Assembly: GCA_030673645.1 (NCBI GenBank) | Contig: DAOVIO010000003.1 | Span: 2,779 to 66,778, forward strand | Reading direction: 5' to 3' | Length of the DNA stretch: 64,000 bases | Source of the DNA: Bacteroidales bacterium | GTDB lineage: Bacteria; Bacteroidota; Bacteroidia; Bacteroidales; GCA-2748055 | Part shown: one piece after another, positions 9,380 to 19,200 of the stretch | Position numbering within the stretch: position 1 is the stretch's first letter | Layout: the number at the start of each line of letters is the position of its first letter | Made by a program: the position numbers and the translations under genes | The notes under the pieces: generated by a model | Told to the model about the DNA's origin: nothing | Databases searched by the model: none | Seen by the model: the letters and a program-made list of their open reading frames with translations, nothing else

Positions 9380-9407
9380 AAAGGTTTGGGGTTTGGGGTT
9401 TTGGGTT
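9371..9407 (+). repeat. G-tract repeat (GGGGGG..GGTTTGGGGTTTGGGGTTTTGGGTT), potential G-quadruplex
   Basis: Four runs of 3 or more G within 35 nt. The region spans the last codons and stop of the DUF4197 gene and the first 28 nt downstream. Confidence 0.6.
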
Positions 9408-9467
9408 ACAGCAATAACTTGAAACATAAAACGGCGACTCAAAGGAGCTAAACTTTAAACCTGAAGC

Positions 9468-9491
9468 CAGCACATCAGCACATCAGCACAC
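9468..9491 (-). repeat. 8-nt-period tandem repeat (GTGCTGAT)n, copy A
   Basis: The minus strand reads GTGTGCTGATGTGCTGATGTGCTG, starting 6 nt after the uvrA stop. It matches 13089..13112 at 22 of 24 positions in inverted orientation. Confidence 0.7.
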
Positions 9492-9497
9492 TATCTC

Positions 9498-12302
9498 CTA
9501 TTTAATTTTCGACTGCAAATATTTCCCGGTATAAGATTTCTTGCATTTAACAAGCGATTCAGGGGTGCCTTCAAAAACAATTTCACCACCCAGATCTCCT
9601 CCTTCAGGTCCAATATCTATGACCCAATCGGCTGCCTTAATTATTTCAAGATTATGCTCAATAATCAGGATAGAATGTCCTTTCTTAATGAGTTCATTAA
9701 ATGCATCTAACAATTTATTTATATCATGAAAATGAAGGCCTGTAGTAGGTTCATCAAAAATAAAATAAACCGATTCTGAACTTCCCTCTTTTGAAAGAAA
9801 AAATGCAAGTTTTACTCTCTGACTCTCACCGCCACTTAGTGTACTTGATGATTGACCTAGTTTAACATAACCCAATCCTACACTCTGAAGAGGCTGAAGT
9901 TTATTCACAATACGCTTTTCAACTCTCCCATCGGAAAAAGAGAAAAACTCGATTGCCTCATTTACAGTCATTTCCAATATATCAAAGATATTTTTTGAGT
10001 GATAATTAACTTCCAGAATATCATCTTTGAACCGCCTTCCATGACAGCTTTCACAAGGGAGGTAAACATCGGCCATAAACTGCATTTCAACCTTTATGGT
10101 ACCCTCACCAAGACATTCTTCACAACGACCACCATCAACATTAAAAGAGAAATGACTAGGTTTAAACCCAGATTGAACAGATGATTGCTGCGCTGAAAAT
10201 AGTTTTCGAATTTCATCAAAAGCTTTTAAGTAAGTAACTGGATTTGACCTTGAAGACTTTCCAATTGGATTCTGGTCAACAAATTCAACCTGTTTAAGTC
10301 TGTGAATGTCTCCCTGAATCTTGTCGAATTGGCCTAACTTTCCTCCACTACCGTTTAATTTGCGGTTTAAAGCAGAAAACAAGATGTTGCTCACCAGGGA
10401 AGTTTTACCGCTGCCGCTAACACCGGTTACAACAGTAATAGTATTTAATGGAAATTTAACCGATATATTTTTCAAGTTATTTTCGCGTGCTCCAATTATC
10501 TCAATATAATCATTCCAGTTCCTGCGAAATGCAGGCAATGGAATCACTAACTCTTCGCGTAAGTATTTTGAAGTAAGACTATCTTTTGATTTATGAAGTT
10601 TCTCCGGACTACCTTCAAAAACAATCTCTCCTCCATGGCGTCCGGCACCTGGCCCAATATCAATTATTGTATCAGCAGACCTGATTATCTCCTCGTCGTG
10701 CTCCACGACCACGAGTGTGTTTCCAACATCCCTTAGTTCATTTAGTACACGAATTAATAGTTTTGTATCCCTCGAGTGCAGACCAATACTAGGTTCATCA
10801 AGAATATATAGGGAACCAACAAGGCTACTTCCCAATGAAGTCGCCAGATTTATTCGCTGAGACTCACCTCCAGACAGGCTCGATGATAACCGATTCAGAC
10901 TCAGATATCCTAAACCTACATTTTTAAGAAAAGTAACCCTGTTTTTTATTTCAACTAAAAGACGACCGGCAATTTCCTCTTCATGTTTATTTATTTTAAG
11001 ATTCTCAAAATGGTCGTGCAATACACTTATTGGAAGTTTTACAAGATCTGTAATAGGAACTTTATTAATAGTCACCCAAGTTGCTTCTTTCCGCAAACGG
11101 GCACCATTACACTCATAGCAGATTGTTTTTCCGCGATATCGGGAAAGCATTACTCTATTTTGAATCTTATACTTCTTAGCTTCAAGCATTTTAAAAAACT
11201 TATTCAATCCCTTAAAATGACTGTTACCTGTCCAGAGTAACTTCCGTTCGGCATCAGTTAGATCATTTATTGCTTTATGAATAGGAAAATCAAATTTATC
11301 TGCATTCTGAATTAATTTGTCCTTCCACTTCGACATCTTTTCGCCTTTCCAGCAAACAATTGCCTCTTCGTAAATAGAAAGGGATTTAATAGGGATAACA
11401 AGATCTTCATCTATTCCGATAATTCTCCCGTAACCCTCACAAACAGGACAGGCTCCAACAGGATTATTAAAGCTAAATAAATGCTCTGAAGGTAAATCGA
11501 ATAGAATATCATCCATTTCAAAACGATCTGAGAATTCAATACTATCATCATCCTCCATCGATTTAATATTGCAAATACCTTTTCCAATATTGAAAGCAGT
11601 TTGAATAGAATCTGCATAGCGTGAAAGTGAATCATCATCATTATTGATGATTATCCTGTCTATTACCAGATTCTGCCCTGGAGTTCGATCTACAATCTGT
11701 TTATCCTCCAGAATATCCTCAATGTTATAAACTTCGTTGTCAATTTCAATTCTAGTAATGCCTTGCTTAAGATAAACCTCAAGCTGGTATTCAACTTCAG
11801 CACCATCGCAACATAGGAAATGAGTCATTATCAGAAATTTTGCACCCTTTTTCTTGGTTTTAAGATGATTCACAACGTTTGTAACTGTGTGTCTTTTAAC
11901 TTCTTTACCACTAACAGGTGAAAATGTTCTCCCTATTCTGGCGTATAATAATTTCAGATAATCATAAATCTCGGTAGATGTCCCTACGGTTGATCTGGGA
12001 TTTCGTGAGTTAACTTTTTGCTCTATTGCAATGGCTGGTGGTATTCCGTGAATATATTCCACTGCTGGCTTATCGATTCTGCCAAGAAACTGTCTGGCAT
12101 ATGATGATAAACTTTCAACATACCTTCTTTGCCCCTCAGCATAAAGAGTATCAAAGGCCAATGATGATTTACCTGAACCAGATAATCCGGTTACAACAAT
12201 TAGTTCATCTCTGGGAATTTTAAGATCAATATTTTTCAGATTATGGACCTCTGCCCCTTTAATTTCAATAAAATTAAGGTCTTCCCCGCTCGACTCTGGC
12301 AT
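9498..12302 (-). CDS. uvrA: excinuclease ABC subunit A
   Basis: 934 aa with two ABC ATPase modules (GLSGSGKSSL, GVSGSGKTSL, LSGGESQR twice) and zinc-finger Cys clusters. Confidence 0.95.
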   Translation of the reverse strand: MPESSGEDLNFIEIKGAEVHNLKNIDLKIPRDELIVVTGLSGSGKSSLAFDTLYAEGQRRYVESLSSYARQFLGRIDKPAVEYIHGIPPAIAIEQKVNSRNPRSTVGTSTEIYDYLKLLYARIGRTFSPVSGKEVKRHTVTNVVNHLKTKKKGAKFLIMTHFLCCDGAEVEYQLEVYLKQGITRIEIDNEVYNIEDILEDKQIVDRTPGQNLVIDRIIINNDDDSLSRYADSIQTAFNIGKGICNIKSMEDDDSIEFSDRFEMDDILFDLPSEHLFSFNNPVGACPVCEGYGRIIGIDEDLVIPIKSLSIYEEAIVCWKGEKMSKWKDKLIQNADKFDFPIHKAINDLTDAERKLLWTGNSHFKGLNKFFKMLEAKKYKIQNRVMLSRYRGKTICYECNGARLRKEATWVTINKVPITDLVKLPISVLHDHFENLKINKHEEEIAGRLLVEIKNRVTFLKNVGLGYLSLNRLSSSLSGGESQRINLATSLGSSLVGSLYILDEPSIGLHSRDTKLLIRVLNELRDVGNTLVVVEHDEEIIRSADTIIDIGPGAGRHGGEIVFEGSPEKLHKSKDSLTSKYLREELVIPLPAFRRNWNDYIEIIGARENNLKNISVKFPLNTITVVTGVSGSGKTSLVSNILFSALNRKLNGSGGKLGQFDKIQGDIHRLKQVEFVDQNPIGKSSRSNPVTYLKAFDEIRKLFSAQQSSVQSGFKPSHFSFNVDGGRCEECLGEGTIKVEMQFMADVYLPCESCHGRRFKDDILEVNYHSKNIFDILEMTVNEAIEFFSFSDGRVEKRIVNKLQPLQSVGLGYVKLGQSSSTLSGGESQRVKLAFFLSKEGSSESVYFIFDEPTTGLHFHDINKLLDAFNELIKKGHSILIIEHNLEIIKAADWVIDIGPEGGDLGGEIVFEGTPESLVKCKKSYTGKYLQSKIK

Positions 12303-12485
12303 AAATTTTGTTTATTTAATAAATATTTAACAATTATTAACGGTTTGTAAAAATAATAATTTTTGCAGAAAGAATATTTTAAACTATTTTCGCTTTCGTT
12401 AATATTTTATTTACTTACCTAAAACCGGAGGATAGCCTATAGATTTACTTTTACACTGATAATAATCCAAACAAAGGAGGATATT

Positions 12486-13076
12486 TTGAAAGTAATAGTA
12501 AAAACCGATTTCGAATTGGTTGAGGAATTTATTAAAGGCAATCCGGTTAGCATTGAACTTCTCATTAATAGACATAAATCTAAGGTATTTACCTATATTA
12601 TTCTAATAGTAAAAAAAGAGCAATTAGCTGAGGACATTTTCCAGGACACCTTTATTAAAGTAATTAATTCCCTCAAAGCAGGAAAATACAAGGATAATGG
12701 AAGATTCCTTTCCTGGGTAATTAGAATTGCGCATAACCTGACTATTGACCACTTCCGAAAAGAAAAGCAATTAAACACTATTTCCAACGATAATTACGAA
12801 ACTGATCTTTTCAATTCAAAAAAGATGTCAGATAAAAATATTGAAGATAATCTGATTCAGAGTCAGATTGAAAACGATATTCGAAAACTAATAGACAAAC
12901 TACCTGAAGATCAGAAAGAAGTAATTCTATTAAGACATTACGGAGAGCTCAGTTTTAAAGAAATTGCCCAACAAACAGATGTCAGTATTAATACTGCACT
13001 TGGCCGAATGAGATACGCCTTGATAAATCTTCGTAAGCTTATTGAAAAATATGATATGAGCCTGACTGTGCGATGA
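12486..13076 (+). CDS. RNA polymerase sigma-70 family (ECF-type) sigma factor
   Basis: Region 2 (DIFQDTFIKVINSL...WVIRIAHNLTIDHFR) and region 4 (EVILLRHYGELSFKEIAQQTDVSINTALGRMRYAL). TTG start preceded by AAGGAGGA. Confidence 0.85.
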   Translation: MKVIVKTDFELVEEFIKGNPVSIELLINRHKSKVFTYIILIVKKEQLAEDIFQDTFIKVINSLKAGKYKDNGRFLSWVIRIAHNLTIDHFRKEKQLNTISNDNYETDLFNSKKMSDKNIEDNLIQSQIENDIRKLIDKLPEDQKEVILLRHYGELSFKEIAQQTDVSINTALGRMRYALINLRKLIEKYDMSLTVR

Positions 13077-13088
13077 GGTGAAGAGGTT

Positions 13089-13125
13089 GTGTGCTGATGT
13101 GCTGGTGTGCTAGTGTGGAAGTTCT
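13089..13125 (+). repeat. 8-nt-period tandem repeat (GTGCTGAT/GTGCTGGT/GTGCTAGT/GTGGAAGT), copy B
   Basis: Starts 12 nt after the sigma-factor stop. It is an inverted copy of 9468..9491 and shares TGTGGAAGT with 52747..52755. Confidence 0.7.
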
Positions 13126-13279
13126 GTTTGTTTAGTTTTGTAGAAAAAAACATAAATATTCGAGAAATTGAAGTTGTAATATTTGTACATCTTTCGGTTA
13201 CATAAATAATATTTCTTAATAATTATGCAATAATATACTTTTCTTATCGTTTAAATTTTAACTAAAACCATAAGATTAA

Positions 13280-13474
13280 TTGCCTATGATGAAAACCTCT
13301 ACTCTATTCTTTTTTTACAATAACATAAACAAAGAAAACGAACTGTATGAAAGTAAGGAACTTACTGAACCCGGGAGTTTATTTTCAGAAGAGTTAAATC
13401 AAATATTTAATGGCATTGATTATTGTCCCAGAAAGGAAGTTCTTGAAGAAATTTTAGACAAAGTCTTGCACTGA
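13280..13474 (+). CDS. small hypothetical protein (64 aa)
   Basis: The ORF ends 5 nt before a strong terminator. No recognisable family. Likely start is ATG at 13286 or 13289. Confidence 0.35.
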   Translation: MPMMKTSTLFFFYNNINKENELYESKELTEPGSLFSEELNQIFNGIDYCPRKEVLEEILDKVLH

Positions 13475-13479
13475 TTAAG

Positions 13480-13509
13480 AAAAACCGCTCAAATAAAGCG
13501 GTTTTTTTT
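13480..13509. terminator. bidirectional rho-independent terminator
   Basis: AAAAACCGCT-CAAATAA-AGCGGTTTTTTTT between convergent genes. Confidence 0.75.
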
Positions 13510-13560
13510 ATTCTAGTTATATTTTAAAATGTGTTAAATAATTATACCTGTTAGCCCAAA

Positions 13561-14616
13561 TTACTCGTCTGAATTATCATGAATATTATATTTTGCTTTC
13601 CTCTCCTTCCATCTTTCCTTAGCATATTGTTGCAAATCAACTACCTTATCTCGTTCATCTACTATCTCAAGACCTAATATGGTTTCGATTATATCCTCCA
13701 TAGTCACAATTCCATCCATTCCACCATATTCATCTACAATTAGAGCGATATGTTCTTTTTTATCTAGTAAAATTTCCCATACACTTATTAGTGTTTGAAA
13801 TTCATGAACAACAATAATATCTCTTGAAATATCACGTAGTTTAAGCTTAGTCTTATTTAGAGCAAGGTTTTCAAGTACACTTTGACGAAAAACATAGCCT
13901 GTTATATTTTCATGGTTTTTTGAATAGACAGGAATACGGGAATAATGAAGAAACTCTTTCTTGACAAGAAAATCTTTAAGCGACATATTTTCATCTGCGA
14001 CCGTAACAACGACCCTAGGCGTCATTATTTCTGAAACTTTAACCCTTCTGAGTCGCATTATGTTTTGAATGATTTTATTCTCCTTTTCTTCGAAAATCCC
14101 TTCTTCAGTACCTATATTAGCCATAGCTGATATTTCTTCCCTGCTTACAGTAAGTGAATCTTTGCTATTCGAAAATAACTTTGTGATATAACCTGTCATT
14201 ATAACTAAAGGGTAGGTAATAATTACCATACCATTAATGATAATCCCGGATAATAAAGCCAATTTCCTCCAGTATCTGGCTCCAATAGTCTTTGGAATAA
14301 TTTCTGAAAATATCAGGATTAATAGAGTGAGAATGGCTGAGATAATACCAAAATATAATTCGCCGAATATTTTTGTAGCTTGCGATCCAACACCAGCCGC
14401 TCCAATGGTATGTGCTACTGTATTCAAAGAAAGAATAGCTGATAATGGTCGATCAATATTTTCCTTTAACTTAATAAAAGTTGTTGCAGACTTTAAACCA
14501 CTATCCTTTTTAATATGTAAAAATGACAAGGGGGTTGACAACAAAACAGATTCCATTACAGAACAAAGAAATGAAACAATTAAGGCAAGAAATAAATAAA
14601 TTAATAAAAGGCCCAT
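13561..14616 (-). CDS. CNNM/DUF21 + CBS-pair domain membrane protein (hemolysin/CorC-like family)
   Basis: N-terminal 4-TM DUF21 domain, then a CBS pair (VSEIMTPRVVV...ALIVDEYGGMDGIVTMEDIIE). Confidence 0.8.
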   Translation of the reverse strand: MGLLLIYLFLALIVSFLCSVMESVLLSTPLSFLHIKKDSGLKSATTFIKLKENIDRPLSAILSLNTVAHTIGAAGVGSQATKIFGELYFGIISAILTLLILIFSEIIPKTIGARYWRKLALLSGIIINGMVIITYPLVIMTGYITKLFSNSKDSLTVSREEISAMANIGTEEGIFEEKENKIIQNIMRLRRVKVSEIMTPRVVVTVADENMSLKDFLVKKEFLHYSRIPVYSKNHENITGYVFRQSVLENLALNKTKLKLRDISRDIIVVHEFQTLISVWEILLDKKEHIALIVDEYGGMDGIVTMEDIIETILGLEIVDERDKVVDLQQYAKERWKERKAKYNIHDNSDE

Positions 14617-14763
14617 CTTCTTTTGTGTCTATTTTAAAGTTTCATTTTTAATAATTCAACTATACTATCGCTAATGAATTTATACAAAAATAATAGTCTT
14701 AGCATATTTCTCCAATAAAAATCGATGATTCCGATAATCTTTCTTTATTAATAATCCTAATAT

Positions 14764-15477
14764 TCAGAAACGCAAACTTTCAAGATTGCTAATAATCTGA
14801 CAAGCGGCAATCCCAGCAGTTTCAGTTCTTAGTCGCGAATGACCCAAACTAACTGCTTGAAAATCATTCCCTATAGCCATTCTGATCTCATCCTTATGAA
14901 AATCTCCTTCAGGACCAATCAATATTATGTAATTTGGTGGTCCGGGAATAGTGTGGATGAGTTCCTTCCTCTCAGATTCCACAAGATGAGCAATAAATTT
15001 AACTGTATTGGAATATTCAGCATTTACGAAATCTTCATAGCTGCAAAAAGAATTTAAAATAGGTAAATGTGCTTTGATGCTTTGCTTCATTGCCGAAATA
15101 ATAATCTTTCCAAGTCTGTCTGATCGTATTTTTTTTCTTTCCGAATAATGACACAGAAGTGGGGTAATACTATCAACTCCAATCTCAACAGCCTTTTCAA
15201 CAAACCATTCAAAACGATCAATATTTTTTGTAGGTGCAATAGCAATGTGTAGGTTATATTTATGTTTATATAATTGCTCGCCTTTACCTCTTACTTTCAC
15301 AATACATTGACGGGGATTATCCTGTAAAATTATTCCTTCATAATATTTACCATTTCCATCTGTGAATTTTATATTATCTCCCTTTTTTTTTCTTAAAACA
15401 CGGATACAATGACCTGATTCATTTTCATCAAGAAATGCAGAACCTTCAATTATCTCAGTAGCATAAAAAAGTTGCAT
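14764..15477 (-). CDS. rsmE: 16S rRNA (uracil1498-N3)-methyltransferase
   Basis: MQLFYA...HCIRVLRKKKGD...LIGPEGDF fits the RsmE family. The track ORF extends to 15561, but the family-typical start is ATG at 15477. Confidence 0.85.
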   Translation of the reverse strand: MQLFYATEIIEGSAFLDENESGHCIRVLRKKKGDNIKFTDGNGKYYEGIILQDNPRQCIVKVRGKGEQLYKHKYNLHIAIAPTKNIDRFEWFVEKAVEIGVDSITPLLCHYSERKKIRSDRLGKIIISAMKQSIKAHLPILNSFCSYEDFVNAEYSNTVKFIAHLVESERKELIHTIPGPPNYIILIGPEGDFHKDEIRMAIGNDFQAVSLGHSRLRTETAGIAACQIISNLESLRF

Positions 15478-15639
15478 TAGAATGAGTTTTAGGAATTTTT
15501 TTCTGTCTGTATCCAACAGGAAAGTTATAAATATAATTGTAATTATTTCAAGATCGAGCACAAAAAAAAATTTAGGTGAGGATATTCAAATTATTCTAAC
15601 AAAAGAATTATTAATCAAAATAATTAAATTGATATATAA

Positions 15640-15647
15640 TACTTTTG
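15640..15647 (+). promoter_or_regulatory. candidate Bacteroidota -7 promoter box (TACTTTTG = TAnnTTTG)
   Basis: Exact match to the TAnnTTTG consensus, 25 nt upstream of the 15673 start codon. Confidence 0.3.
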
Positions 15648-15672
15648 TTTTAATTTCAATGAAAATTAAGTT

Positions 15673-16167
15673 ATGAAGAAAATAGGTCTTCTTTCGGATA
15701 CACACGGAAATTTTGATAATAGAATTAAGGAATTCCTTAAAAATTGTGATGAAATATGGCATGCAGGAGATTTTGGGAACATTGAGACTGCCGATAAAAT
15801 TGCTGATTTTAAACCACTGAAGGCTGTATATGGAAATATAGACGGACATGAGATAAGATCTGTCTACCCTCAAAACATGCGTTTTCAATGTGAGCAAGTA
15901 GAAGTCTTTTTAACCCATATAGGAGGCTATCCAGGAAGATATGATAAATCTATCTTCCATGAAATAGCTTCTAATCCACCTAAACTATTTATTTCAGGAC
16001 ATTCCCATATATTAAAGATAATGCCTGATAAAAAACTAGGATTATTACACATTAACCCTGGTGCTGCAGGTTTCTCAGGACTTCATAGGGTGAGAACTGC
16101 AGTAAGGTTTATTATTGAGGGTAAAAACATCAGAGATGTTGAAGTGTGGGAACTGGAAAGGGATTGA
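15673..16167 (+). CDS. YfcE/MJ0936-family metallophosphoesterase
   Basis: Calcineurin-like motifs: LSDTHGN, GDFGN, GNIDG, HIGG, SGHSH. Confidence 0.85.
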   Translation: MKKIGLLSDTHGNFDNRIKEFLKNCDEIWHAGDFGNIETADKIADFKPLKAVYGNIDGHEIRSVYPQNMRFQCEQVEVFLTHIGGYPGRYDKSIFHEIASNPPKLFISGHSHILKIMPDKKLGLLHINPGAAGFSGLHRVRTAVRFIIEGKNIRDVEVWELERD

Positions 16168-16254
16168 CCCTTCGACAAGTTAAGGGATCGTAAGTGGATA
16201 GAAAAAGTAATATAAGATAGACAATGAACCTTTGTCTTACGTCCATAGTCTATT

Positions 16255-19200
16255 CTACTGAATCAATTCATCCTCATTTCCCTGATCTTCAGCTGCCTTA
16301 TATCGCCTTAAAAATAATGACGGTCTGCGATCTGAGGCTAAAGAATAAATGTACCCTGTACTTCCTGCTCTGGTTTTAATCTTCCTATTCTTTGCCTTAA
16401 GCTCGAAAACGATTCTGTTAAATGCTCTGTTAGAGGAAACAACTTGAATTGAACCTGGATTATAACCTAGATAATAAAATGAATTATTGTCTAAAATGAA
16501 ATACATGTCGATCAGGTCTCCTGACGCTCTTTTGGTTAATTCCATATAAACTTCAACCTTTTTGTTCACAATTCTATTCCCGACTTTTATTACAGATATA
16601 TCACCATGGTAACGAAAAGTTCTTGTGTTTTGATTCCAATCAAGCAGAACATCAGAGAAAATTAATTTTTGATTAAATTCTGCAGGAATAGTTCGGTACT
16701 CTGCATATAATCCCAGGTCTGTCTCCATTCTGTCAGCAGCCTCTTTCCCAACAAGCTGTATCATCGATTGCTTATAAAATGACTCATTAAGATTCACAGT
16801 CTCAAGTCCTGGTATACTATCTAAATCATTAGCAAACAAGTCAAGAGCTTCCTCAGAAAAGAAGAAATCAAGGCCCATTAGCATACGGGTTGAATAAGTA
16901 TCCTCAGCTTTGTTTTGAATACCACGACCTATTGTGGTCATTTTAACCTGACCATAATCAAGCTGCATATTCATATGACCATTTGAATAAACAATACATG
17001 AAGAATTATCCAATGCCAGATAATCACTTTTAACATCCGTATCGATTAATCTCTCAGGGCTGGCAATCTCAAACCTATCTGTAATCTTATTAAATTCCAT
17101 TATTCCACTTGCAGCAGCAATAGGCATATCGAAATAACCTTTTCTTTGGGAAATGAAATTAGAATAAACATGGGTTGAATCTCTGGTAATCATTGTTCCT
17201 ATATAGGTTGGAGCCATATCATAAGTAAGGGGTTGTATAGGTACAGGGATTGAAACTGTATCAGGATTTATAGATGCTTCAAATTTTAGCCAATGCCTCC
17301 CAATATCACAGTCATGTATAAGTTGAGTTCCCCCGTCAAAGACTAACAATGGATTTCTGGCAGACATTCTTACCTGCCCCATAAACCTGAAGTAAGGACT
17401 TAGTGTAAAACTATCCAATTTAGTAATATTTGCTATTCCAAAACTCTGTATACTAGTGTCAACTGCAATTGTTGTGAAATTAATAATCTGAGACTCTCCA
17501 GTTATATCAATGTAATTATAATCGGCACTTCCAGAATAATTAAATCTTCCCAAAACACTTACCATACTATTAAAAAATTTGTAATATTCGTTGTTGGTAT
17601 CTGTAATAATATCGGCATTTGCTAACTGTTTCATAACAGCGTTTCTCCCTACACTAACATTTCCCTCATTTGGGTAGATTCTGGAATCGGCTACAAGCAT
17701 AAAAGGAACGCCGGAAGCGTCAAGTCGAGCATTTCTATAATCGTAAACCGCCATTGGAGCAACAAAACTAAGGCTGTCCTGACTTGGAAGTTTACTCATA
17801 TAACGTGGTCCTGATAAGCCATCTTCCCATTCATACGAGTCAGATTGGATTTCATTATTTAATCCCATTTCAACAGTTTCCTTCATCATTTCCCATTTGA
17901 AAAAATCGAGCTTTGATTCATAAACAATTTCAGGAAAATCAACTAATGTAAAGTCTTCATTAGAAAAAAACTGTCCTGATTTGGCATCCAGATTAATATT
18001 TGTTCGAACATTATCAGCAGAAATTGCTAGTTTCGATGAAGAAACAGACTTAAGTTTAAAATCTGAGGTATCGGCAATGATTGCCTCAGCTCTGTACCGA
18101 AAATCGTTTGAATTAACGGAAGATGTTACCAAATCAATAGTTCCTTTCCCACTCAATTCATTAGGTGTTAATTTCAGATCACCTCTTAACATAATTGTAT
18201 CCTGGAACATCGTAAAGGGAACATCTTTCATATCCACAAAGAACTCATCTTCATTAACTAACCATAATATTTTATTGTTGACAGAATTGACTTTAGGATA
18301 TTGGATCCCGGTAGTTTGCTTTCTCATCAGAAATTCCCTTGAATTGCTCATCAATGAATCAGGATGAAAGGTGAAGTCATCGGAATAAGTGCTTGAAGTA
18401 ATATAATCTAACTGTCCTGCGCTATGCAGGCCTCCACTGCTCATTATTAAATCATTATAAACTGTTCCCTTTCCATTATAAACAGGTAATCCTGATTCAG
18501 ACGTTGTATAACTAAAACCTAGTGAGTTATCTGGCATAAGAACAAGCGTTTGCTCAAGGGTTGGAATCATACCATCTGATTCAAAATTACCACTTAGGTT
18601 CATCCCTTGCCTGGAGAAATTATCAAGACTATCAAGAGTAAATGGGTATATTTCAAAGAATACTTCATTTCTTTTATAAACCCCACCCTGAATATTCCTG
18701 TCATCAAAGTATACATATGAATTCTCATTGGAGGTGAAAATTGGGAATTCGGGAAAATTCTGGAGTCCTGATTTATTTGATGGATCATCAATGATTATTT
18801 CTCCTGTTAGATCCTGAATAAGATTAGTTATATCAATATAATATCTTTCCCTGTTTATTTCATCATAATTCATTAAAGTGATACGCATAGAATCAATATC
18901 CTGAAGATTAATCATGAAATGCTCATAATCGAAAAAGAGATTTGACCCTGAGAGGGTTAATAACCCAGCCTGAATATTACCATCAAATTGAAAATTCCTA
19001 TTTCTCTTCATAATAATCTGATTCTTATCTGGTATTAGAACTACATTTTGAGAATCACTTAGGAAAATATTAGGAATACCATTTATCTTTAAATCAAATG
19101 TTTCCAGATCAAGGCTTGCATTCTCCATTGGTGCGTCCACCTGAGATAAAAATGAAATTACATCGTAATCGGTTTTCCCAACACTTGCTTCCAAATAGTA

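Noticed and set aside
9383-9407. T3G4 repeats as eukaryotic (ciliate) telomere contamination or a linear replicon end
   Set aside because: There are only about three units, embedded between intact bacterial genes on both sides and continuous with a coding sequence.
15586-15897. 103-aa minus-strand ORF spanning the rsmE/yfcE-like intergenic region
   Set aside because: It overlaps the well-supported phosphoesterase gene in antisense, and its composition (Ile/Leu/Lys/Phe-rich) reflects AT-rich non-coding sequence.
16168-16254. Purine-rich tail after the phosphoesterase gene (GGGATCGTAAGTGGATAGAAAAAGTAATATAAGATAGAC) as another member of the C-poor repeat family
   Set aside because: It contains several C residues, shows no clear 8-nt period and shares only ATAAGATA with the 52.7-kb tract. 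That is too weak to count as a family member.
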